Shown piece after piece: positions 5,400-12,373 of a DNA stretch of 13,402 bases. This DNA is from a virus. Each line of letters opens with the position of its first letter. Position 1 is the first letter of the stretch. The position numbers and the translations under genes were made by a program. Location of the stretch: positions 1 through 13,402 of IMG/VR virus record IMGVR_UViG_3300045988_056069. One strand, given 5' to 3'. The notes below the pieces were generated by a model. That model did no database searches and had not been told where the DNA came from. It was given only the letters and a program-made list of their open reading frames with translations.

Positions 5400-5624
5400 A
5401 TGGATGTCGCAACCGTAACACAGCTTGTTAGCAATTTGGGTTTCCCTATCGTCTGTGTAGGCGTTATGTTCTGGATGCAGAACAAGGAGAGGGAGAGCCA
5501 CGCCGCCGAAAGTGAGCGTTGGACGGAAGTCGTGAAAGAGAACACCGAAGCACTGCGAGATTTGAAAGAGGTTGTATCACTGCTAAAGGAGCGTGTCGGC
5601 CATGTCAGCGAAGAAAGAGAATGA
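5400..5624 (+). CDS. Holin, BhlA/UviB-like
   Basis: The 74-aa product has a single N-terminal TM helix (LVSNLGFPIVCVGVMFWM). This is followed by NKERES and a charged, coiled-coil-like tail, matching the BhlA holin-like layout. SD AAAGGA lies at 5387-5392. The gene sits immediately upstream of, and overlaps, the putative lysin gene. Confidence 0.7.
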   Translation: MDVATVTQLVSNLGFPIVCVGVMFWMQNKERESHAAESERWTEVVKENTEALRDLKEVVSLLKERVGHVSEERE

Positions 5625-6258
5625 GGTAGCCGTTTCAATTCCATTGGATGATATTGAAAGAATTGAAATCTACCTGAACAAACCAAATCCACGAACACGA
5701 AAGCGGAAATCTCTATCCGCCATTATCAGCGCAACCGGCGCAGACTATGCAATCAACGGCACCTTATATAATATGAGGAACGGCAACCCTGTTTGTCCTC
5801 TGCGCCGGAACGGTGTAACGCTGTACCATGGGAAAGACCTGTATCGTGGTTATCTCTGGGACAACTACAACGCAAACAGCTTTCATTTTGATTTAGTCCC
5901 TAATGAAGCATGGGAAAATTTCATTGCTTGCAGTCATATCGTGATGGACGGAAAAGCAATCAAGAAGCCGATCTACAACGTTGCACAAGGCGGCAGGCGT
6001 GGGAGAACGGCTATCGGAACAAAATACGTCAACGGACAGAAGCGGCTTTGTCTGTATGCGTCCAAGGACAGAACACGAGCACGGAAAACGCCGGAACAGC
6101 TTGCACAGCTACTTCAAAGCTACGGTTGGGAAGATGCTGTAATGCTTGACTGCGGCGGTAGTTCACAGGTATACCTTGACCACGAGCGGCGGCAGGTATG
6201 TTCAACCCGCAACGTGGCGCACGTTATTTTGATTTATTTAAAGAAAGGAAGAAAATAA
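5602..6258 (+). CDS. Phosphodiester glycosidase (NAGPA/DUF2233)-family protein, putative cell-envelope hydrolase or endolysin
   Basis: The 218-aa product from ATG 5602 has AAGGAG (5586-5591) with a 10-nt spacer. The track GTG at 5593 is only 1 nt from the SD. Family hallmarks are ADYAINGTLYNMRNGNPVCPLRRNGV near the N-terminus, RRGRTAIG, and the C-terminal TPEQLAQLLQSYGWEDAVMLDCGGSSQ. Its position after the holin suggests a lysis role. Confidence 0.6.
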   Translation: MSAKKENEVAVSIPLDDIERIEIYLNKPNPRTRKRKSLSAIISATGADYAINGTLYNMRNGNPVCPLRRNGVTLYHGKDLYRGYLWDNYNANSFHFDLVPNEAWENFIACSHIVMDGKAIKKPIYNVAQGGRRGRTAIGTKYVNGQKRLCLYASKDRTRARKTPEQLAQLLQSYGWEDAVMLDCGGSSQVYLDHERRQVCSTRNVAHVILIYLKKGRK

Positions 6259-6259
6259 C

Positions 6260-6583
6260 ATGGAAACTATGAAAGCTAATGAAATCATTCAGCAGGGTCT
6301 TGCACACGGCGAAAGCTATGAGCTTATCAACGAGCGTCTGAAGCAGGCCGGGTGTGATTTCCACCTTGAAAAGAGCCGCCCGGAGGGCTGGACGGAACAG
6401 GAAATGAAAGAGGGTTTCCAGCAGGGCGAGCCTGCCCCCGAAGTAAAGCGACTGCATGATTATATGCGGTTTAATAAGGAGAACGCCGGTAAAACGGTTC
6501 GGGTTGAAGTTCCCGAGGGTATCTATGATATGACGTGGAATGAGAACGGCAATCCTATTTCCGCTGTAAGGGTGGTGAAATAA
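6260..6583 (+). CDS. Hypothetical protein, 107 aa
   Basis: SD AAAGGAAG lies upstream and the gene is tightly packed between the lysin gene and the scaffold-like gene. No family recognised. It is possibly head-associated, by position only. Confidence 0.5.
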   Translation: METMKANEIIQQGLAHGESYELINERLKQAGCDFHLEKSRPEGWTEQEMKEGFQQGEPAPEVKRLHDYMRFNKENAGKTVRVEVPEGIYDMTWNENGNPISAVRVVK

Positions 6584-6913
6584 ATGTTTAAGCCTGACGA
6601 AATTCTGACCCTTGCAAAAGCCGGTTTTACTGCACAGCAGATTGCCGGACTTTCTATGATTAGCAATCCCCCCGTTCCTCAGCCTGCGCCCGTTCCTCAG
6701 CCTGCGCCCGTTCCTCAGCCTGCGCCTGTTCCTCAGCCTGCGCCTGTTCCTCAGCCTGCGCCTGTTCCTGTTGATCCCGTCCTTGCAGAGTTGCAGAAGC
6801 TGACCGGACTTGTGCAAGGGAGCAACATCATGAACGTGAATCAGCCCAAGGTTCAGACCCCGGAAGAAATTCTCGCGGAGATTATCAATCCCGCGCCGAA
6901 AGGAGAAAAATAA
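6584..6913 (+). CDS. Putative scaffolding protein with PVPQPA repeat linker
   Basis: The 109-aa gene lies immediately upstream of the major capsid gene, like phi29 gp7 (about 98 aa). Its N-terminus (DEILTLAKAGFTAQQIAGL) resembles a helix-extension-helix motif. The middle is five and a half PVPQPA repeats, and the C-terminus is predicted helical. The function is positional inference. Confidence 0.45.
   Translation: MFKPDEILTLAKAGFTAQQIAGLSMISNPPVPQPAPVPQPAPVPQPAPVPQPAPVPQPAPVPVDPVLAELQKLTGLVQGSNIMNVNQPKVQTPEEILAEIINPAPKGEK
6671..6769 (+). repeat. 18-bp in-frame tandem repeat, 5.5 copies (encodes PVPQPA)
   Basis: Units fall at 6671, 6689, 6707, 6725 and 6743, with a partial unit at 6761-6769. 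Units 1-3 are cccgttcctcagcctgcg. Units 4-5 and the partial unit begin cct instead of ccc, and are otherwise identical. Confidence 0.97.
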
Positions 6914-6916
6914 AAT

Positions 6917-8131
6917 ATGGCAAATGTTAATGACATGACCATTTTCCAGGCAGGCACTATTCTACAATCCCTTGTCCAGCAGGCGACCGGCCAGGCGGTT
7001 ATTACCGCTTCCACTCCCGGCGAGTTTGTCAGCGTGGCACAGGTTGCGCTGAAAACTGGCTATGACCCCATCTTGAATGCAATGTCCCAGATGTGGGGCC
7101 GTACTATTTTCAGTATCCGCCCCTATGAGCGCAAGTTCTCCGGCTTGGAAATGAACATGAGCCGCTGGGGTAACGCCGTTCGGAAGTTGTCTATTGCAGA
7201 TAAGCCCATTGAGGACGATGCCCGCTTCATCTGGCCTGTTGGCTACGACGCTACCAAGACCGGTAACCCGCTGGGCAACGGTCAGAGCGTGGATATGTAC
7301 GCCTTGAACAAGCCCGACATTCTTCAGGTCAATTTCTATGGTCAGGCCGTTTATGAAAACAGCTATACCATTTTCGAGGATCAGCTGGACACCGCTTTCA
7401 CCGGCCCGGACGAATTTATGAGGTTTAATGCGATGGTTTCCGGCAACCGCTCCGACAAGCTTGAGCAGTACCGCGAGAATATCGCGCGCGGCATTCTGGC
7501 AAACTACATTGGTTCTATCCTTGCCGAAAAGCAGGCTACGCGCGTTGTACATCTGCTGACAGAGTACAATGCCGAAACCGGTTTGACGCTGACCGCACAG
7601 GCTATCTATCAGCCGGACAACTTCCCCAGCTTTATGCAGTGGGTATACGCGAGAGTTGCAACCATCTCCCGAATGATGACCGAGCGATCCGAGATGTTCC
7701 AGACGGTTATCAACGAGAAGCACGTTATGCGCCACACTCCCGCCGCCCGTCAGAAAGTCTATCTATATGCCAAAGCTATGGATCAGTTTGATGCTATGGT
7801 CAAAGCAAACAGTTTCCACGACAACTATCTCAAGTATACGGACTACGAGGGCGTTAACTTCTGGCAGTCCATCGAAACGCCTGACAGTATCAGTTTGAAG
7901 CCCGTGTACACGTCCACCACCGGCACCGCCACCACCGGCGAGGCCGTGGAACAGGCAGGAATCTTCGGCGTTATCTTTGACGAGGAAGCGCTGGGTTATG
8001 CCCAGATTCGCGCAACCAGCGATATCACCCCGAAGAACGCCAAGGGCCGCTATTGGAACACGTTTGACCATGTTAACTTCCGGGCTATCATGGACATGAG
8101 TGAAAAGGGCGTTCTGCTGTTGCTGGATTAA
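6917..8131 (+). CDS. Major capsid protein, phi29 gp8-like (HK97 fold expected)
   Basis: The 404-aa gene has a strong SD (AAAGGAG) and follows the scaffold-like gene. The C-terminal NAKGRYWNTFDHV resembles remembered phi29 gp8 NPRGLYWNYYYHV. Its size and the synteny scaffold-MCP-tail knob fit this call. A terminator-like hairpin follows, which is typical of highly expressed capsid genes. Confidence 0.8.
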   Translation: MANVNDMTIFQAGTILQSLVQQATGQAVITASTPGEFVSVAQVALKTGYDPILNAMSQMWGRTIFSIRPYERKFSGLEMNMSRWGNAVRKLSIADKPIEDDARFIWPVGYDATKTGNPLGNGQSVDMYALNKPDILQVNFYGQAVYENSYTIFEDQLDTAFTGPDEFMRFNAMVSGNRSDKLEQYRENIARGILANYIGSILAEKQATRVVHLLTEYNAETGLTLTAQAIYQPDNFPSFMQWVYARVATISRMMTERSEMFQTVINEKHVMRHTPAARQKVYLYAKAMDQFDAMVKANSFHDNYLKYTDYEGVNFWQSIETPDSISLKPVYTSTTGTATTGEAVEQAGIFGVIFDEEALGYAQIRATSDITPKNAKGRYWNTFDHVNFRAIMDMSEKGVLLLLD

Positions 8132-8138
8132 CACACGG

Positions 8139-8176
8139 AGGGGTGGGGCACTTTCCTCATGTCCTGCCCCTATTTT
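8139..8176 (+). terminator. Candidate (probably leaky) intrinsic terminator after the capsid gene
   Basis: A 12-bp stem pairs 8139-8150 (AGGGGTGGGGCA) with 8160-8171 (TGTCCTGCCCCT). It includes 3 G-U pairs and has a 9-nt loop, and is followed by ATTTT (8172-8176). Downstream genes must still be expressed, so read-through is expected. Confidence 0.5.
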
Positions 8177-8190
8177 AAAGGAGGTCAATT

Positions 8191-9567
8191 ATGCTTAGTG
8201 TAACGCTGTACGAGTTCAAGAAGCGTGAGAACAGCACAAAAAGACCGGACAGCACCGCCACGCAGAGAACGCACAACGCAGTCTTGAAGATGCCTACAAG
8301 CCTGTTAAGGCCGGAAATTACTTTTGACTTTGGCCTAAAGGGAAATCCCTCTTATTATAATTATGCGTATATTTCCGATTTGGGAAACCGCTACTATTTT
8401 ATCAGGGATTGGACGGTTGGAGATGGCCACTTGTGGACGGCGCACTTGGAGGTTGACGTTCTGGCGAGTTGGAAAAACAGTATCGGAAACAGTACACAAT
8501 ACGTACAGCGCAGTTCAAAGACCTTTGACGGCGGCGTGATTGATGTACTATATCCGACTAAACAACCGGCAAGTGTGAATGTCTACGAAAAAGCAACACC
8601 GTGGAAAACGTCCCTCGCAACTGGTACTTACGTTCTTGGGATTGTAAACTCCGAGGACGGCGGCGTGGGAGCGGCACACTATTACGCACTCACGCAGACG
8701 GAAATGAACAGCTTCCTATCTTATATGTTGGGGAACGTTGACTATCTGGGGAGCATTACGGAGATTTCAAGCGAGCTTTTGAAAGTGCTTTTCAATCCCA
8801 TGCAGTATATTGTGTCTTGCGTCTGGTATCCGTTCGCCGTGGAGGGAACAGCCGTTGAATCTATTCCTATGGGTTGGTGGTCAATTCCTGTCAGCGGTAA
8901 AAAAGTAGTTGCCACGATCCACTATGAAACGGTAGAATTTACAATCCCTAAACACCCTCAGAGCACCAGAGGCGCATACTTGAATCAAGCGCCCTATACA
9001 CAGGCGAGCCTATTCTTTCCCGGTGTGGGGTGGATTGCCTTGAATCCGTCTCTGTTGACTGTAAGCACCTTAACTGCACAATGCGCTGTTGATATGGTTG
9101 CAAATCAGGCACGGCTTGCGCTTAGTTCTGGGGAAGGCGTTTTTAGCCTGACTTTTGCGGAGTTGGGTGTCCCTATCCAGTTGGCACAACTCGCAAGTAA
9201 CACACTTCAGGCAATTGGTGAAGTTGCAAATTCTGTTGTAAGTCTCTTTTCCGGCAAGGGCAGTATTGCAAGCACGATCTTTTCCACCATTGGAGCGGCT
9301 ACGGATATGGCGTTTCCTGATGTGTCAAAAATGAATACAAACGGTTCGCTTGTGTCTCTGGCCTATTCCTGTAAGTTGCGCATGATCTTTTATCTGCTTG
9401 TGGACGAGGATAACGAGGATTTAGGCAGACCCCTATGCAAGAAGAAAGTGCTTTCCTCTATTCCCGGTTATCAACTGATTGAAAACGCTGATCTTGCAAT
9501 CGCCGGAACGAGTGAAGAAAACAGGATGGTAAAGGGATACCTTGAAGCCGGATATTTCTATGAGTAG
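8191..9567 (+). CDS. Tail knob / distal tail tube protein, phi29 gp9-like
   Basis: The 458-aa gene has SD AAAGGAGG. The N-terminal block NYAYISDLGNRYYFIRDWTVGDGHLWTAHLEVDVLASWKNSI parallels remembered phi29 gp9 SYIMFQNADYGNKWFYAFVTELEF...VHFEIDVLQTWMFDI. The position after the MCP gene matches phi29. A Gly/Ala/Ser-rich hydrophobic segment spans residues 326-375. Confidence 0.65.
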   Translation: MLSVTLYEFKKRENSTKRPDSTATQRTHNAVLKMPTSLLRPEITFDFGLKGNPSYYNYAYISDLGNRYYFIRDWTVGDGHLWTAHLEVDVLASWKNSIGNSTQYVQRSSKTFDGGVIDVLYPTKQPASVNVYEKATPWKTSLATGTYVLGIVNSEDGGVGAAHYYALTQTEMNSFLSYMLGNVDYLGSITEISSELLKVLFNPMQYIVSCVWYPFAVEGTAVESIPMGWWSIPVSGKKVVATIHYETVEFTIPKHPQSTRGAYLNQAPYTQASLFFPGVGWIALNPSLLTVSTLTAQCAVDMVANQARLALSSGEGVFSLTFAELGVPIQLAQLASNTLQAIGEVANSVVSLFSGKGSIASTIFSTIGAATDMAFPDVSKMNTNGSLVSLAYSCKLRMIFYLLVDEDNEDLGRPLCKKKVLSSIPGYQLIENADLAIAGTSEENRMVKGYLEAGYFYE

Positions 9568-9577
9568 GTGAGTGCTG

Positions 9578-10117
9578 ATGGCATGGATTACAGGAAACCG
9601 CTATCTGTCGATGGACGAAATGAAGAACAACGCCGACATTATGCATTATTTCTTCAAGTCTAACAGATGGACGGATAACGCTATCTCCGCCATGTTTGGC
9701 AATATGCAGACAGAAAGCACACTGAATCCGGGAATATGGGAAAACCTTGACCCGTTTGTGGGCGGCTATGGGTTGGTACAGTGGACACCGTACACCAATT
9801 ATTCCGAATGGGCCGGTACTAACTGGCAAGACAACGGGCAGAAAGAGATGGAGCGGATCATATACGAGTTGGAGAACCGCTTGCAGTGGATCAGTACCAG
9901 CCTTTACCCTATGACGTTCCGGGAGTTCTCGCAATCTGATAAGCCGCCTGCCTATCTTGCGCAAGCGTTCCTATATAACTATGAGCGCCCAACAGTGAAG
10001 CCGCAACCGGCACGGAGCAAGCAAGCGGAATACTGGTATCAGTACATCACAGGGCATGAGCCGCCGATCTCACAGCTACCGATCTGGCTACTATTTAAAA
10101 TGAAAGAAAGGAGATGA
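9578..10117 (+). CDS. Tail-associated lysozyme (Phage_lysozyme2-type peptidoglycan hydrolase)
   Basis: The motifs FGNMQTESTLNPG (candidate catalytic Glu) and GGYGLVQWTP are typical of the phage tail lysozyme family. ATG 9578 (AGGTGA 9566-9571, 6-nt spacer) is preferred over the track GTG at 9572. This gives 179 aa. Confidence 0.8.
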   Translation: MAWITGNRYLSMDEMKNNADIMHYFFKSNRWTDNAISAMFGNMQTESTLNPGIWENLDPFVGGYGLVQWTPYTNYSEWAGTNWQDNGQKEMERIIYELENRLQWISTSLYPMTFREFSQSDKPPAYLAQAFLYNYERPTVKPQPARSKQAEYWYQYITGHEPPISQLPIWLLFKMKERR

Positions 10118-10122
10118 TCCCA

Positions 10123-11064
10123 ATGATTGGTAACGGTATCCCGGCAAACTATGATTATATCAACGCGCAAAACGCCGCTGTAAGTCCGTCCACCGTCCAT
10201 TGCAGAAACACAGCACTTTCCCAATACTTCCGGCGCTACCTGCTTCAAAAGGCTATGTCGCTTTTCAAGTGGAAGTTGCCGGAGCATTGGAGCAAGAATT
10301 ATTTCCTGTATGTGCTGTACTGCTGGGGCTATCTCGCAGTTGTCAACACAAACAGTTTTGGTGTTATTCCGCAGGGGTGCACCCTGACCGGCTATAACGT
10401 GTTCTACCAGCCGACTAACGCAATTATCACAAATCCCCTCTTGCGTGGTATCCTTGAGCCAAGAATCGGAAGCCAATGCACGATTATCCGTTTACAGCCG
10501 GACTATGGCGGTATTATGGATATTGTGGGGTACTATGGCGATATGTTAGCGCTGTGCGCTGAATCTGTCGGAATGAACCTTATGAACACACACCTTGCGT
10601 ATGTGTTTGCGGCTGGTAACAAGACCGCCGCAGAGAGCTTCAAAAAGATGTATGACCGTGTAGCGTCCGGCGAAGTCTGCACAGTGATTGACAAGAACCT
10701 GTTCCGGGATGACGGAAGTAAAGCGTGGGAAGCGTTTGAACAGAACTTGAAGCAGGTTTATATCAGTTCCGACATTCTCAGCGATATGCGCAAAATTGAA
10801 GCAATGTTTGACACGGATATTGGCATTCCCAACGCTAACACGGACAAGCGTGAACGGCTGGTAACTGACGAAGTGAACGCTAATAACGTTGAGACACAGA
10901 GCAAATGCGCTATGTGGCTGGAAGAATTGCAGGAGAGTATCAAGGCAACAAACGATATGTTTGGCTTAGATCTTTCTGTTGAGTGGCGATTCCCTGACGC
11001 TTATGAAGGGGGTGTGAACAATGTCGGCAACAGTAAGCCTGTTGGGCCTGAAACGGTTGAATGA
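10123..11064 (+). CDS. Head-tail connector (portal / upper collar), phi29 gp10-like
   Basis: The segment IGIPNANTDKRERLVTDEVNANNVETQS...FGLDLSVEWRF closely parallels remembered phi29 gp10 [29 protein letters not shown]...YGLNVKVKFRY. The size (313 aa) is close to gp10 (309 aa). ATG 10123 (AAGGAG 10108-10113, 9-nt spacer) is preferred over the track ATG 10114, which has zero spacer. Confidence 0.9.
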   Translation: MIGNGIPANYDYINAQNAAVSPSTVHCRNTALSQYFRRYLLQKAMSLFKWKLPEHWSKNYFLYVLYCWGYLAVVNTNSFGVIPQGCTLTGYNVFYQPTNAIITNPLLRGILEPRIGSQCTIIRLQPDYGGIMDIVGYYGDMLALCAESVGMNLMNTHLAYVFAAGNKTAAESFKKMYDRVASGEVCTVIDKNLFRDDGSKAWEAFEQNLKQVYISSDILSDMRKIEAMFDTDIGIPNANTDKRERLVTDEVNANNVETQSKCAMWLEELQESIKATNDMFGLDLSVEWRFPDAYEGGVNNVGNSKPVGPETVE

Positions 11065-11713
11065 CGGCATTCTGGGCGAGTTGGTTGTCCCTGATGGCGT
11101 GGACGTGGAACTTGTCAAGGATAACCTGCTTGCAGAAACTGCGGAACTTGAAGTAATCTATCCTGATGCTATTTTCATGCAGGCCATGATTGGCAGGTGG
11201 AGCGCTAAAGAGCTTCCGATCTGGGAACGGCTTTACAAAACAACGCTGTTAGAGTATAATCCTATTGAAAACTATGACCGCATGGAAGAATGGACGGAAG
11301 CAGAGGACACGAAGAAAAACACGGAAGCCGATGCAACCGGAACCAGTAAGACGGATACGGACGGCACGAGCACCAGAGAGAGCAACACGGACGGCGTTAT
11401 CAACGATCAGAAGTATGTGAGCGCATATAATGAAGTTGAGTTCACGCCAACGGAGCGAGACAACAACACGCAGAATGAAAAGAACAACAGCGAACAAAAG
11501 GACGTGGGGACGGTATCCGTTAAAACGTCTGCGGAGAATACAACGGACGAAACCGGAAACAGAAACCTGTTGCGAAAAGGACGTGCGCACGGTAATATAG
11601 GTGTGACTACTTCCCAACAGATGATTGAAGCGGAGCGTGAAGTTGCTTTGTATAATATCATTGACGTGATTATAACGAGCTTCAAAAACCGCTTCTGTCT
11701 GCAAGTCTATTAA
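11021..11713 (+). CDS. Probable lower collar / proximal tail tube protein (phi29 gp11 position)
   Basis: The 230-aa gene lies directly after the connector gene and overlaps it by 44 nt. Conserved-looking ends are WERLYKTTLLEYNPIENYDR and HGNIGVTTSQQMIEAEREV. They flank a T/N/D/E-rich low-complexity middle. The functional call rests mainly on synteny. Confidence 0.5.
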   Translation: MSATVSLLGLKRLNDGILGELVVPDGVDVELVKDNLLAETAELEVIYPDAIFMQAMIGRWSAKELPIWERLYKTTLLEYNPIENYDRMEEWTEAEDTKKNTEADATGTSKTDTDGTSTRESNTDGVINDQKYVSAYNEVEFTPTERDNNTQNEKNNSEQKDVGTVSVKTSAENTTDETGNRNLLRKGRAHGNIGVTTSQQMIEAEREVALYNIIDVIITSFKNRFCLQVY

Positions 11714-11725
11714 GGAGGTATTAAC

Positions 11726-12355
11726 ATGGGATTATTTGAGCAGTTTCCCTATTCCAATTTACACGAATTAAATCTTGACTGGATTTTGCAGAAGATCAAA
11801 GAACTTGACGAGAAAGTCAACAGCATTGAGGACAGAATCCTAAAGGAAGCCAACGCATACACAGATCAGCAGATTGCACTGTTACGGCGTGAGTTTAACG
11901 AGCTTGAAAACGAATTTATTGTGTTCAAGTCTGACATTAACGCACAGTTTGCGGCTTACACCGCAAAACAGGACAAGGCTTTTGCTGACTATCAGAAACT
12001 TGTCAATGCACAGATTGCCCTGCTTGAGCAAGAAATCAGAGATGCACGAGCGGAACTCAAAACCATGTTGCGGCAAGCTAACGCATACACAGATGCAAGT
12101 ATGGCTATGTTGCTGTTGCAGTTGCCGGACATTATCACAAAGAACATTAAGAATGCAAAGGTGTATAACCTGCTGACTGGTAAGTATGTGACCATTCAGG
12201 CAATGTTTGATTTCCTCTGCTTGTTCCATGCGCCGGGTGCACTTACTTGCGGCGATATGTACGCAAAAAATAACACCTGCACACAGATTATCAACTACAA
12301 TAAGACCTGTCAGGAATTTATCACTGACGCAAAGAACTTTGTTGTTCAGCACTAA
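11726..12355 (+). CDS. Coiled-coil tail fibre / appendage protein, 209 aa
   Basis: A strong SD, TAAGGAGGTATT, lies upstream. The N-terminus (FPYSNLHELNLDWILQKIKEL) is followed by a long heptad-like helical region containing a duplicated ANAYTD motif. The C-terminal part is Cys-containing and looks globular. The location in the distal tail module fits a fibre role. Confidence 0.5.
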   Translation: MGLFEQFPYSNLHELNLDWILQKIKELDEKVNSIEDRILKEANAYTDQQIALLRREFNELENEFIVFKSDINAQFAAYTAKQDKAFADYQKLVNAQIALLEQEIRDARAELKTMLRQANAYTDASMAMLLLQLPDIITKNIKNAKVYNLLTGKYVTIQAMFDFLCLFHAPGALTCGDMYAKNNTCTQIINYNKTCQEFITDAKNFVVQH

Positions 12356-12373
12356 ATAAGGAGGTATTTTATA

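Noticed and set aside
6671-6769. Tandem repeat considered as a CRISPR array
   Set aside because: The units are directly adjacent with no spacers, are only 18 bp long, are in frame within a CDS, and no cas genes are present.
6224-6817. 197-aa minus-strand ORF with RRRLRN repeats
   Set aside because: It is the antisense shadow of the PVPQPA tandem repeat and of two well-supported plus-strand genes. It has no SD, and the repeat periodicity is explained by the plus-strand frame.
6962-8188. Long minus-strand ORFs (6962..7735, 257 aa; 7763..8188, 141 aa) inside the capsid gene
   Set aside because: They lie fully within the gp8-like capsid CDS, which has motif support and a strong SD. Antisense open frames are common in GC-richer coding DNA. 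No start context or recognisable domain was found.
712-10122. Track start codons at 712, 5593 (GTG), 9572 (GTG) and 10114
   Set aside because: In each case the SD lies 0-1 nt from the proposed start or is absent. A downstream in-frame ATG (739, 5602, 9578, 10123) sits 6-10 nt after a clear SD.
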